A stretch of 64,000 nucleotides of DNA. Origin: Bdellovibrionota bacterium (GTDB lineage: Bacteria; Bdellovibrionota_G; JALEGL01; DATDPG01). The notes under the pieces are model-generated. The model did no database searches and had not been told where the DNA came from. It saw nothing but the letters and a program-made list of their open reading frames with translations. The position numbers and the translations under genes are program-made. The DNA lies in assembly GCA_963668355.1 (NCBI GenBank), contig OY764265.1:1312001-1376000 (forward strand). Reading direction: 5' to 3'. Within the stretch, counting starts at the first letter, position 1, and every line of letters starts with the position of its first letter. Positions 8,426 through 18,143 of the stretch are shown in pieces.

Positions 8426-8944
8426 CTATTCGAGTTCGTCCAGCGTGTAGAGGGCGCCGCCTCCTTCAACCTCACCGGAATTGGAGTTGACCGAGGCCAC
8501 ACGCTCAAAAAGAGAGGTGTTGCCGTCGCCGTCAAGATCTCCCTCGGCTCGGGCGGTAAATGCAGCATTTTCATTGAAGCCGGATGCCGCGACCGAATAA
8601 CTGTAGAGAACGGCTCCGTCCGGGGCAAACTTGATGGCGGCCCAGTCCGCGGTTTGGAAATTTCCGAAACGCTTGTCGTTTAGAATTGTCGTGGGTTCTC
8701 GCTCCAGGTGTACAAATTGTTTGGATATGACGGTTCCGTCTTGGTTGGTCATTTCTTCCTGGTAATAGGCGATTTCGCCATCGTATATTTTTCGAATATT
8801 GAGTGTGGCTTCTGTGGTTTTGGACTTCAGGAGGTATTTCCCCAATAGGGGAAGGGCTACAGCGGCCAAAATGCCGATGATGAAAACAACCGTCATCAAT
8901 TCCATGAGTGTGAAACCTTTATTTTTGATCATTTTTTGATTCAT
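8426..8944 (-). CDS. Type IVa pilin (PilA-like)
   Basis: Prepilin site KG|FTLMELM with E5, hydrophobic helix, KSKTTEA, GDLDGDG motif; SD GGAGG before ATG 8944. Confidence 0.9.
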   Translation of the reverse strand: MNQKMIKNKGFTLMELMTVVFIIGILAAVALPLLGKYLLKSKTTEATLNIRKIYDGEIAYYQEEMTNQDGTVISKQFVHLEREPTTILNDKRFGNFQTADWAAIKFAPDGAVLYSYSVAASGFNENAAFTARAEGDLDGDGNTSLFERVASVNSNSGEVEGGGALYTLDELE

Positions 8945-9119
8945 CGTTGGCCAACCTCCCAAAACATTATTCTCGCACACTATTTTTGGGTAAAGAACCA
9001 AAAATTCAAGTTTTTTCTTTAAGTTTAATAAGTTGACACACCCAATCAAAGTAAAGCCTTAGAAGTGTAAACTTTAGCTCCCTCAACCCTGGGAGAAAAC
9101 AGCTAACTACCTTTTTTCG

Positions 9120-9148
9120 TTGACAAAACTGGTGTGTGACCATACGTT
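9120..9148 (+). promoter_or_regulatory. sigma70 promoter of the dcw operon
   Basis: TTGACA(9120-9125)-N17-TACGTT(9143-9148). Confidence 0.65.
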
Positions 9149-9149
9149 T

Positions 9150-9184
9150 GTGGGAAAAAGTGGGATAAAGTGGTTGGTTGTGTT
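9150..9184 (+). promoter_or_regulatory. MraZ binding direct repeats
   Basis: GTGGG-N5-GTGGG-N5-GTGGT-N5-GTGTT with 10-bp period just downstream of the -10, matching known MraZ operator architecture. Confidence 0.8.
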
Positions 9185-9203
9185 TTAGAGGGGTTAGCCA
9201 TAG

Positions 9204-9644
9204 ATGTTTCGAGGCCGTTATGAACATACGATCGATGCCAAGGGTCGGTTAAGTATTCCATCACGCTTCCGCGATATTTTAAGCCAAAAATATTCGGACA
9301 CGCTAGTGATAACGAATTTCGACCATTGTTTGGTCGCGTATCCGCAGGAAGAATGGGAGTCCTTAGAGCGTCGAGCAGCGGCACTTCCGCAGTTGAAGCG
9401 GGAAGTGAAGGCGTTTCAGCGTTATTTTATTTCGGGGGCGACCGAGTGCCCACTGGATCGTCATGGACGCGTGCTCATTTCACCGGTGTTGCGTTCGTAT
9501 GCTCAACTTGAAAAAGACGTTGTTCTCGTTGGTCTTCTAAAGAAGATCGAAATTTGGTCAAAGCCTCTCTGGACAAAAGTTTTTGAAGAATCCCAGAAGA
9601 GCTTTGAGGAGAACAGCGATGTTTTGGCCGAACTTGGAATCTGA
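9204..9644 (+). CDS. mraZ: Division/cell wall cluster repressor MraZ
   Basis: MFRGRYEHTIDAKGRLSIP, LDRHGRV, IEIWS. Confidence 0.97.
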   Translation: MFRGRYEHTIDAKGRLSIPSRFRDILSQKYSDTLVITNFDHCLVAYPQEEWESLERRAAALPQLKREVKAFQRYFISGATECPLDRHGRVLISPVLRSYAQLEKDVVLVGLLKKIEIWSKPLWTKVFEESQKSFEENSDVLAELGI

Positions 9645-9672
9645 TCAGGCCGCCAGCGCTGGACCGAATGAA

Positions 9673-10578
9673 ATGCCCTTGAGTGTTCATCAGCCGGTGA
9701 TGGTTTCCGAGGTGTTGAGGTGCTTGGATTGTGCACCGGGTCGAAACTACCTGGATTTAACACTGGGGGGCGCGGGGCATGCCCAAGCCATTTTAAGAAA
9801 AACCCATCCAAAGGGGTCCCTCTTTGCCTGTGATCGGGATGCCGAGGCTCTAGAGAGAGCCAAAAACAAACTCCGACCCTTCTCCGGTCGATATCACGTT
9901 TTTCATCAAGCTTTGAGTGAAGTGGAACATCTGAAAGAGGACATTCCATTTGCGGATTTGCACGGGGCTTTCATTGATTCAGGGGTTTCGAGCGATCAGC
10001 TGGAAACTGCTGAGCGGGGCTTTTCGTTTTCCAGAACGGGTCCTTTGGACATGCGCATGGATAAATCGAAAGGGATCACCTTGCGGGAGTGGTTGGCGCA
10101 ATCCACCGAACGGGAAATTGCCGATGCCATTTTTCGCTATGGCGAAGAGAGAAATAGTCGAAAGGTTGCCCGAGCCATCGTGGAGGCCAAAAAATGGGGC
10201 TCTTTGGAAACGACTCAAGATTTAGAGGAGGCCGTTTTTTCAGCTTTCCCAAAACATCGCCGCAGTCGGAGAATCCATCCTGCCACGCGAACCTTCCAAG
10301 CGTTGAGAATCGTCGTGAATGATGAATTGGGCGAATTGAAAAAGGGAATTCGATCCTTGTTGGAACTCATGCCTCCTTCATCGCGTTTGGTGGTGTTGAC
10401 GTTTCATTCCTTGGAAGACCGTGTGGTCAAGGAGGCCTTTCGAACGGCTGCCAGGCAAGGTCGTGCGCGACTTCTTTTTAAGAAACCCCTCGTTCCCACA
10501 GATGAGGAAATTCGAGAAAACCCACGTTCTCGAAGTACGAAATTGCGAGCCATTGAACTGATAGGAGGAACCGGATGA
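9673..10578 (+). CDS. rsmH: 16S rRNA m4C1402 methyltransferase
   Basis: HQPVM, DLTLGGAGHA, GVSSDQL...RGFSF, HPATRTFQALRI, FHSLEDR, NPRSRS. Confidence 0.96.
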   Translation: MPLSVHQPVMVSEVLRCLDCAPGRNYLDLTLGGAGHAQAILRKTHPKGSLFACDRDAEALERAKNKLRPFSGRYHVFHQALSEVEHLKEDIPFADLHGAFIDSGVSSDQLETAERGFSFSRTGPLDMRMDKSKGITLREWLAQSTEREIADAIFRYGEERNSRKVARAIVEAKKWGSLETTQDLEEAVFSAFPKHRRSRRIHPATRTFQALRIVVNDELGELKKGIRSLLELMPPSSRLVVLTFHSLEDRVVKEAFRTAARQGRARLLFKKPLVPTDEEIRENPRSRSTKLRAIELIGGTG

Positions 10579-10856
10579 AAAAAAAGTTCCTCACGGTCTT
10601 TTTGTTTGTTTCGGCACTGGTTCTCTCCTTGGGATATGTGCGTGCGCGCTTCTGGATTGTCGAGCTGAGTTATGAAACGAGTCAGAAGAGGAGCTTAAGA
10701 AAACAACTATTGCAGGAAAAGCGAAGTCTAACGTTGGAGTTGGAAACGTTACGAAATGCAGATCGCATTGAGCGGATTGCGAAGAAGAAGCTTGGCCTGA
10801 CCCGAAAACAAGAACCGGTATCCGTGGTTGTGCTGGATGGAGGTTCGACAAGATGA
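10575..10856 (+). CDS. ftsL: Cell division protein FtsL
   Basis: Small protein with TM and coiled coil, RIERIAKKKLGL; sits between rsmH and ftsI. Confidence 0.85.
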   Translation: MKKKFLTVFLFVSALVLSLGYVRARFWIVELSYETSQKRSLRKQLLQEKRSLTLELETLRNADRIERIAKKKLGLTRKQEPVSVVVLDGGSTR

Positions 10857-12829
10857 ATCGCGTCGAGCGCAGTTGGAAACGAAGGGTCGCGTCCTGTCTT
10901 GTGATCTTTATCTTATCTTTTGCTGTGCTGGGGTTGCGTGCGGTGCAGCTTCAGTTGCGTCCTGATCCGCGTGTGGTGAACAAAGAGCGACAGTTTGATC
11001 GTCGCATGGTGGTGCGTACGCCTCGCGGAACCATATACGATTCAAAGGGACGGGCGTTGGCGGTCAGTTTGGATGTTCCGTCGGTGTTTGCAGATCCCAG
11101 TGTCATCGAAAACGGGAAAGAATTTTCAAAAAAAGTCGCTCCGCTGCTGAAGATGTCTCCACGCACCATTCGAAAAAAAATCAAAAACCGTGAACGACAA
11201 TTCGTTTGGTTGAAACGCGGGGTGAACCCACGCATTGGAAAAAAGCTTCGTCGCCTTCAGTTGCCAGGTTTGCATATTGCCAAAGAGTCTAACCGATTTT
11301 ATCCGGACAAAGAGTCTGCTGCTCAAGTTTTAGGTTTTGTGGGAATTGATGGTGTGGGCTTAGAAGGCTTGGAGCGAAGTTACGACAAAATTTTAAAAGG
11401 TCCACGTGTTGTGTTGCATGCAAAAAAGGACGCCAAGGGACGCGCGATTTTTTCGCAAACACAAACCATGGAACATGTTGAGAGTGGGGCCGACCTCACC
11501 TTGACGTTGGACTCCACGATTCAGCATTTGGTTGAAAACGAGTTGAAACATGCAGCTCGTACAAGCGGATCAAAGAAGGCCATGGCTATTGTGGCTAACC
11601 CCTCCGACGGCCGAATTTATGCCATGGCTTCTTATCCGCCTGTGAATCCAAATCAAATTCGACGAAATGCGCTCTCTTTCTGGAGAAATCGCCCGGTGCA
11701 GGAAGTGTTTGAACCGGGTTCGTTGTTTAAGGTCTTTACGATGGGAGCCGCACTTGAGCAGGGGGTCATCTCCCCTGAAAAAATCATTCTTTGCAAGAAG
11801 GGCTCTCTTAAGTTTGGAAGAAAGTCCATTCGCACCCATGACGAACACACTTGGCTGACCCCACGCGGAATTTTGAAGCACTCGGACAATATTGGCTCCT
11901 CCCGAATCGCCTTGGAACTCGGGCGTAGGCGCTTTTTTGAAGAAATTGAACGGGCGGGCTTTAGCCAATCCACAGGAATTGATTTATCTGGAGAAGTTGC
12001 CGGTCTTCTCCGCCCCGCCAGCGAGTGGAAGGATATCGATCTGGCCAATATTTCATTTGGCCAAGGAATTGGCGTCACGGGAGTTCAAATGATTGCGGCC
12101 TTAAGTGCCGTCGCGAACGGTGGTTTTTCTGTGCAGCCTTACGTTGCCTCTCATGCGACCTTGCCGGATGGTCGGAATGTTCCCATTCACCACGCGGGCA
12201 GAAAACAACGGGTGTATGGCCAAGAAACGGCCAAGCTTCTTACGCATTGGATGGAGGCTGTGGTCGAAGAGGGTGGAAGCGGAGTCGCCGCTGCAATTCC
12301 GGGCTATCGAGTTGCTGGAAAAACAGGAACTTCTCAAAAAATCGACCCGAAGACAGGCTCGTATTCCAGGGAGTTGGTCACGAGCAGTTTCTTTGGGTTT
12401 GCTCCAGCAGAGGACCCTCAACTTGTTGCTTTGTTTGTTTTTGATGAACCCAAAGACTCGGACTTTGGTGGGCAGCTGGCCGCTCCTGTATTTTCCCGTG
12501 TTGTGAAAGGGGCGTTGAATTACTTAGGGGTCACGCCTTCCAAGGATGAAAAGCAGGAAGAACTTGAACTTCGACTGATGGTTCATGCCTTACCGGATCA
12601 CGAAAAACGATCGCAGGCAAAAGCGGATGTTCTTCTTGGAAAGAATCAAGCTCCCGATTTATTGGGGCTAACGATTCGAGAAGCGTTAAGAAAGGCTGAA
12701 GAAAACGGTTTTGATTTAAAAGTTTCCGGATCCGGCCGAGCCATTGATCAAAAACCAGATCCGGGAAAAACGTTTGGAAAACAACGAACGGTGAAGGTTC
12801 GGTTTGGGCCGACGAAGGAGAGCGTGTGA
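10853..12829 (+). CDS. ftsI: Class B PBP FtsI/PBP3 with C-terminal PASTA domain
   Basis: RGTIYD, EPGSLFK (SxxK), SDN, KTGT; PDLLGLT...DQKPDPG PASTA-like tail. Confidence 0.94.
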   Translation: MNRVERSWKRRVASCLVIFILSFAVLGLRAVQLQLRPDPRVVNKERQFDRRMVVRTPRGTIYDSKGRALAVSLDVPSVFADPSVIENGKEFSKKVAPLLKMSPRTIRKKIKNRERQFVWLKRGVNPRIGKKLRRLQLPGLHIAKESNRFYPDKESAAQVLGFVGIDGVGLEGLERSYDKILKGPRVVLHAKKDAKGRAIFSQTQTMEHVESGADLTLTLDSTIQHLVENELKHAARTSGSKKAMAIVANPSDGRIYAMASYPPVNPNQIRRNALSFWRNRPVQEVFEPGSLFKVFTMGAALEQGVISPEKIILCKKGSLKFGRKSIRTHDEHTWLTPRGILKHSDNIGSSRIALELGRRRFFEEIERAGFSQSTGIDLSGEVAGLLRPASEWKDIDLANISFGQGIGVTGVQMIAALSAVANGGFSVQPYVASHATLPDGRNVPIHHAGRKQRVYGQETAKLLTHWMEAVVEEGGSGVAAAIPGYRVAGKTGTSQKIDPKTGSYSRELVTSSFFGFAPAEDPQLVALFVFDEPKDSDFGGQLAAPVFSRVVKGALNYLGVTPSKDEKQEELELRLMVHALPDHEKRSQAKADVLLGKNQAPDLLGLTIREALRKAEENGFDLKVSGSGRAIDQKPDPGKTFGKQRTVKVRFGPTKESV

Positions 12830-14304
12830 TTGTGCAAGATCTCTTTCAGGGCTTAACGCTTTCTACATCCTTCCCAATTTCGGAACGTACCGTTTCCGGA
12901 ATTGCGTTGGATTCCCGCGAGGTGGAATCTGGAGATTTGTTTGTGGCTCTTCAGGGTCAAAAATTGGACGGGGAGAAATTCATTCAAGATGCCCTTTCAA
13001 AGGGAGCGGTGGGCGTCCTTTCGGAAAAGGAACTTCCAAAATTCAGGGAAAACGCCTTGGTGGTTCCTGAGTTGAGAAAACATTTGGGAGAGTTGGCTTC
13101 ACGAGTTTATGGGCAACCCAGTTTGGCACTAACCGCCATCGGAATCACCGGCACGAACGGAAAGACGACCGTAACCTATTTGCTGGAAAGTATTTTGAAG
13201 CGGGCAGGTCATCGACCGGGTGTCGTGGGAACGGTGAATTATCGATGGGGGAATCGACAAGAGTCTGCCCTGCATACAACCCCTGAAGCTCCTCGTCTTC
13301 AAAAGACATTGCGAAAAATGGTGGATGACCAGGTCAGCCATGCCATGGTTGAGTGTTCGTCTCATGCGTTGTCTTATGATCGAATTTCGTCTCTGCATTT
13401 GGATGTGGCGGTATTTACCAATTTGACCCAAGACCATTTGGACTTTCATGGCTCCCTCGAAGCCTATGCGGAAGCCAAACGAAAATTGTTTGATGATGTT
13501 CTGATGAAGAGTCAGAAGGAGCGAAAGAGGGCCGTCATCAATGTGGATGATCCCGTGGGCTGTGCGTGGGCCGAAGATCTGCCCTTTTCAGTTCTTACGT
13601 ATTCGCTTGAGAATCCGAAGGCTTCCATTTTTGCCGAGAAGACCGAAGTGAGCGTTCATGGAATTTCGGCAAAGGTTCACACTCCCCAAGGTGATTTTCA
13701 TCTTCGTTCCTCTCTCATTGGAGAACACAATCTTTCGAATCTTTTGGGGGCGATTGCGGTTGCGGTTGGATTGGAGATTCCCACAGAAATCATTGCGGAG
13801 GCCTTGAACCAGCGAATCGAAATTCCAGGACGATTGGAAGCGGTTTCTGAAAACGCCAATGTTTTTGTGGACTATGCCCACACAGAAGATGCACTTCGAA
13901 ATGTGTTGAACACACTAAAGCCGCTGACGAAAGACCGCCTGATCGTTGTGTTTGGTTGTGGAGGCGATCGAGATAAAGGAAAACGTCCCAAGATGATGCG
14001 TGCTGCATGGGAACAGGCCGATGTCGTTATTGTGACTTCAGACAATCCTCGAACGGAAGATCCCCAGGGAATCTTGGACGACATTCTCAGTGAAAAAGTG
14101 GGTGAGGTCGAGGACTCGAAGCTCCTTCGTCGGGTTTTGTCTCGGGAGGAAGCGATTGGCAAGGCCATTCGTATGGCGAGTGAAAACGATGTGGTTTTGA
14201 TTGCTGGGAAAGGTCATGAGACCTACCAAGAAGTGAATGGAATTCGCTATGACTTTGATGACCGGGAAGTTGCGAGAAGATTTTTGAAGGAGAAGTCGTT
14301 GTGA
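12826..14304 (+). CDS. murE: UDP-MurNAc-dipeptide:meso-DAP ligase
   Basis: GTNGKTT, TNLTQDHLDFH, DYAHT, DNPR (DAP-specific), AGKGHE. Confidence 0.96.
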   Translation: MIVQDLFQGLTLSTSFPISERTVSGIALDSREVESGDLFVALQGQKLDGEKFIQDALSKGAVGVLSEKELPKFRENALVVPELRKHLGELASRVYGQPSLALTAIGITGTNGKTTVTYLLESILKRAGHRPGVVGTVNYRWGNRQESALHTTPEAPRLQKTLRKMVDDQVSHAMVECSSHALSYDRISSLHLDVAVFTNLTQDHLDFHGSLEAYAEAKRKLFDDVLMKSQKERKRAVINVDDPVGCAWAEDLPFSVLTYSLENPKASIFAEKTEVSVHGISAKVHTPQGDFHLRSSLIGEHNLSNLLGAIAVAVGLEIPTEIIAEALNQRIEIPGRLEAVSENANVFVDYAHTEDALRNVLNTLKPLTKDRLIVVFGCGGDRDKGKRPKMMRAAWEQADVVIVTSDNPRTEDPQGILDDILSEKVGEVEDSKLLRRVLSREEAIGKAIRMASENDVVLIAGKGHETYQEVNGIRYDFDDREVARRFLKEKSL

Positions 14305-15707
14305 ATCGTTTGCCTTTGAGAACAGAACTGAATCTTTCTTTTGCCGAGGTTCTTCGGGGCGTTGAGGGCAAGTTGGATATGTCGCTTCAAGGTCATATCG
14401 AAGGCGTTGCTTTGGATACACGTTCTTTGAAACAGGGAGATTTGTTTTTTGCATTGAAGGCCACGCGAGATGGACATGACTTTGTTGATCAGGCCTTTGA
14501 AAAAGGTGCCTGCGCCGCGGTGGTTGAAAAGAAAATGAAATCCTCTGGGCCATGCATTCGCGTGAAAGATACTTGGCAAGCTTTGGGTTCCCTGGCCAAT
14601 CAAGTTCGAATGGAGTGGGGAGGAAGAGTTGTTGGGATTAGTGGATCTAATGGAAAGACCACGACCAAGGAAATGGCAGCAGCGATTTTTGGGACCTACC
14701 TCAAAACGTTAAAGGCCCCCGGAACCTGGAATAACGCGTTGGGAATTCCTCTTTCCCTTTTTCAATTGCGCGAGATGCACGAAGTGGCTGTTTTGGAAAT
14801 GGGGATCAATGACTTTGGAGAAATGACGGCATTGGCGGATGTGGCCAAGCCGAATGTAGGTGTTTTGACAAATATAGGACCGGGACATCTTGAGAAATTC
14901 AAATCCATCGAAGGAGTCATGCGTGCCAAGGGTGAACTTTTTGAAGCCATGGATGCCGATGGCATAGCGGTAATCAATGCAGACGATCCTTACTTATCGA
15001 AACTCGGGGAGAAGTTTCCCGGAAAACTCATTCGGGTCTCCATGAAAGATGAGGCCGACGTTTTGGCATCAGTGACGCGAGATTTGGGGATGGATGGATT
15101 GGTGTTGAACGTGAGCTATGGATCCGAGTTTGTGGAACTCAAAACCTCCTGTGTCGGGATTCATAATGTTTATAACCTCCTTTGTGCCCTGGGTGCGGCG
15201 CTCGCTTTGGGCGTTCCCGTTTCGGTTTTGCAAGAAGGTGTGAACCAAATGCAGAAGCCACAGATGCGTTTGGAGATCATGCAATGGCCTCATCAGATTT
15301 CGGTCATCAATGATTGTTATAACGCCAACCCGGCTTCAATGGCTGTGGCGCTGGAAATCGGAAAGGATGTGACCCGAGGACGGGTCATCGCCGTACTGGG
15401 AGATATGATGGAATTGGGAGACCTTGCGGCCCGGGCTCATCGAGATATCGGAATCAAAGTTGCCCAACATGAATATGCGCATCTCTTTGTGATTGGACAG
15501 TTCTCGGGGGACATTCGACAAGGGGCTCTTCAAGGAGGGATGAAATACGAAGAGATCACTGTGGAAACCTCTCATCTCGAACTGGCCCGAAAAATTGCGA
15601 ACATCATTCAACCCAAAGACACGATTTTGATCAAAGGCTCCCGAGGAATGCGAATGGAAAAAGTCACTGAGGAGTTGCGTCGTTTGGTGGAAGGAGAGGC
15701 AGGTTAG
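14301..15707 (+). CDS. murF: UDP-MurNAc-tripeptide:D-Ala-D-Ala ligase
   Basis: GSNGKTTTKEM, NN..GIP, NDCYNANP, LGDMMELG, KGSRG. Confidence 0.96.
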   Translation: MNRLPLRTELNLSFAEVLRGVEGKLDMSLQGHIEGVALDTRSLKQGDLFFALKATRDGHDFVDQAFEKGACAAVVEKKMKSSGPCIRVKDTWQALGSLANQVRMEWGGRVVGISGSNGKTTTKEMAAAIFGTYLKTLKAPGTWNNALGIPLSLFQLREMHEVAVLEMGINDFGEMTALADVAKPNVGVLTNIGPGHLEKFKSIEGVMRAKGELFEAMDADGIAVINADDPYLSKLGEKFPGKLIRVSMKDEADVLASVTRDLGMDGLVLNVSYGSEFVELKTSCVGIHNVYNLLCALGAALALGVPVSVLQEGVNQMQKPQMRLEIMQWPHQISVINDCYNANPASMAVALEIGKDVTRGRVIAVLGDMMELGDLAARAHRDIGIKVAQHEYAHLFVIGQFSGDIRQGALQGGMKYEEITVETSHLELARKIANIIQPKDTILIKGSRGMRMEKVTEELRRLVEGEAG

Positions 15708-15710
15708 CTC

Positions 15711-16787
15711 ATGTTTTACGATCTTTTATATCCCATTCATGCGGCGTACGGACTGTTCCGCGTTTTTCGCTACATCAGCTTTCGCATGATGATGGCCATG
15801 TTGACGGCACTCTTGATTAGTTTTGTGGTTGGACCGTTTTTGATCAAGATGCTTAAAAGTCGTCAGATTGGGGAAAAAATTCGAAGTGATGGACCTGGAA
15901 GTCACCAAGGAAAGTCGGGGACACCCACTATGGGTGGAATCTTGTTGGTCTTTTCGTTTTTGCTTTCATTTTTGCTTTGGACACGATTGGACAATCCCTT
16001 CACGTGGGTCGTTTCAGGGGCAACATTTTCTTTTGCCCTCATTGGGTTCTTGGATGATTGGTTAAAGATTCGAGGAAAAGGAAAGGGTGGTTTGTCCATC
16101 TCTTCCAAATTTAAACTCCAATTCATGTTCGCTCCAATAATGGCGGTGGCTTTGGTTTGGGCGGAGTTGGACACCACGTTGGTGGTTCCCTTTTTCAAAG
16201 ACGCCAACGTTTTTCTTCCTTGGTTTTTGTTTATTCCGTTTGCAGCTTTCGTGATTGTCGCGACATCCAATGCCGTGAACCTCACAGATGGATTGGATGG
16301 CTTGGCCATTGGTCCGGTTATGGTTGCCGCTTTCACGTATATGGTTCTCGCTTATATCGCCGGCCATGCGGAGATCGCGGACTACCTCCAAGTGCAAAAC
16401 GTGAAGGGCGCTGGAGAGTTGGCGGTGTTTTGCTCAGCCATGGTGGGTGCCGGCCTGGGGTTCCTTTGGTTCAATACGTACCCGGCTCAAGTGTTTATGG
16501 GTGACGTGGGGTCGCTGGCTTTGGGTGCTGCTCTGGGTACGGTCGCCGTCATCATTCGTCAGGAGCTGTTGTTGATCTTGGTGGGAGGCGTGTTCGTCGT
16601 GGAGGCGGTCAGTGTCATTGTTCAGGTGGTTAGTTTTAGAACTACGGGAAAGCGAGTTTTTCGAATGGCCCCCATCCATCATCATTTCGAATTAAAGGGA
16701 TGGGCTGAGCCCAAAGTCATTGTGCGTTTTTGGATCATTTCCATCATTCTGGCCATTTTGGCCTTGTCTACATTGAAACTGAGGTAA
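15711..16787 (+). CDS. mraY: Phospho-MurNAc-pentapeptide transferase
   Basis: GTPTMGG, NAVNLTDGLDGLA, FMGDVGS, MAPIHHHFE. Confidence 0.98.
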   Translation: MFYDLLYPIHAAYGLFRVFRYISFRMMMAMLTALLISFVVGPFLIKMLKSRQIGEKIRSDGPGSHQGKSGTPTMGGILLVFSFLLSFLLWTRLDNPFTWVVSGATFSFALIGFLDDWLKIRGKGKGGLSISSKFKLQFMFAPIMAVALVWAELDTTLVVPFFKDANVFLPWFLFIPFAAFVIVATSNAVNLTDGLDGLAIGPVMVAAFTYMVLAYIAGHAEIADYLQVQNVKGAGELAVFCSAMVGAGLGFLWFNTYPAQVFMGDVGSLALGAALGTVAVIIRQELLLILVGGVFVVEAVSVIVQVVSFRTTGKRVFRMAPIHHHFELKGWAEPKVIVRFWIISIILAILALSTLKLR

Positions 16788-16796
16788 AGAAGGAAG

Positions 16797-18143
16797 ATGA
16801 AGGTCGAACTCAAAGGAAAAAACATCACCGTGCTCGGATTGGGCATTCGCACGGGTGTGTCCTTGGTTCGTTACCTCTGTTCACAAGGTGCCTCGGTGCA
16901 TGTGTATGATCGGCGAGAAGAGGGAGCTCTTCAAAACGAATTGGCCGCATTGCATGGATGTTCCTTTCAATTGGAAGCTGGAAGTGATGCTCCTCAAGGC
17001 TTGACGGGAACGGATTTAATTTTGTTGAGCCCTGGCATTCAGATTGACTCTCCTTTCTTGGAAGATCCGCGCAAGAAGGGGGTTCCGATTTGGAGTGAGA
17101 TCGAGTTAGCCGGTCGCTTGATAAAAGCGCCCATCCTCGCCATTACAGGAACCAATGGAAAAAGCACCACGACCTCTTTGTTGGCCCACATTTTGGAATC
17201 TTGGGGCAAGAAGGTGTTTGCCGGAGGAAATTTAGGGAATCCTCTCATCAATGCCACCAAAGATTCGTATGACTATGTAGTCGCCGAAATTTCGAGTTTT
17301 CAACTGGAAGCCGTGGAGGAGTTTCAACCTGAAGTAGCGGTTCTTTTGAATATTTCTCCCAATCACCTGGATCGTCATCGGGACATGCAGACTTATATTG
17401 CGTGCAAAGAAAAATTGTTTTCAAGAATGGGAAAAACGAATCGAGCCTTTTTAAATGCGGATGATGAGGTTTGCCATCAGATAGGTCCGCATTTGAATTG
17501 TGAAACCCACCCATTTTCTGCAATGGGTGATCCCGAAGCTCACGCTTGGATCAAAGAAAATAACGTGGTTTTGCCGAGTGGTGAAACGGTTTCTCTCTCG
17601 GGCTTAAAACTTCATGGAAACCATAATCGAGAGAATGCCTTGGCGGCCATTCTTGTTGCGCGGTCATTGGGTTGTTCCATTTCTGTGATGGAATCGGCCC
17701 TAAGCACGTTTAATCCTCTTCCTCATCGTCTTCAAGAAGTTGGGCGATTGGGACAGGTGAGGTTCGTGAACGACTCCAAGAGCACAACCCCTCTATCCAC
17801 ACTTCGTGCCTTGGAGTCGTTTGCGCAACCGATTTTATGGATGGCCGGTGGGAAATCAAAAGTGAATTCTTTTGAACATCTGGGACCTAAAGCGAAGGAA
17901 CATGTAAAGCACGCATTCTTCTTTGGAGAGTGCGCTTCGATGATGGAGAAAGATTTAAGCTCTTCCATTCCTGTTTCGGTTTTTTCTACGATGGAAGAAG
18001 CCTTTCGGGCTGCCATTCAAAAGGCTGGAAATCATGATGTTGTTCTTTTGTCTCCAGCGAACGCGAGCTTTGATCAGTTTAAAAATTTCGAAGAGCGTGG
18101 AGAAGTGTTTGCACGTTTTGTGGAACGGGAGACGGTTCGATGA
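16797..18143 (+). CDS. murD: UDP-MurNAc-L-Ala:D-Glu ligase
   Basis: GTNGKSTT, EISSFQL, HLDRH, NDSKST, SPANASFDQF. Confidence 0.96.
   Translation: MKVELKGKNITVLGLGIRTGVSLVRYLCSQGASVHVYDRREEGALQNELAALHGCSFQLEAGSDAPQGLTGTDLILLSPGIQIDSPFLEDPRKKGVPIWSEIELAGRLIKAPILAITGTNGKSTTTSLLAHILESWGKKVFAGGNLGNPLINATKDSYDYVVAEISSFQLEAVEEFQPEVAVLLNISPNHLDRHRDMQTYIACKEKLFSRMGKTNRAFLNADDEVCHQIGPHLNCETHPFSAMGDPEAHAWIKENNVVLPSGETVSLSGLKLHGNHNRENALAAILVARSLGCSISVMESALSTFNPLPHRLQEVGRLGQVRFVNDSKSTTPLSTLRALESFAQPILWMAGGKSKVNSFEHLGPKAKEHVKHAFFFGECASMMEKDLSSSIPVSVFSTMEEAFRAAIQKAGNHDVVLLSPANASFDQFKNFEERGEVFARFVERETVR

Noticed and set aside
8945..9110. sigma54 promoter for the pilin gene
   Set aside because: No TGGCAC-type GG-N10-GC motif found by eye on the minus strand.
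9150..9184. Short direct repeats as a CRISPR or VNTR
   Set aside because: 5-bp units with a 10-bp period upstream of mraZ are explained as the MraZ operator; there are no cas genes.
9583..9672. N-terminal extensions in the ORF track (rsmH; also murG, ftsA, pilin, rhodanese, wecB, Wzy and others)
   Set aside because: They overlap upstream genes or lack family similarity; downstream starts with an SD or stop-start coupling fit better.
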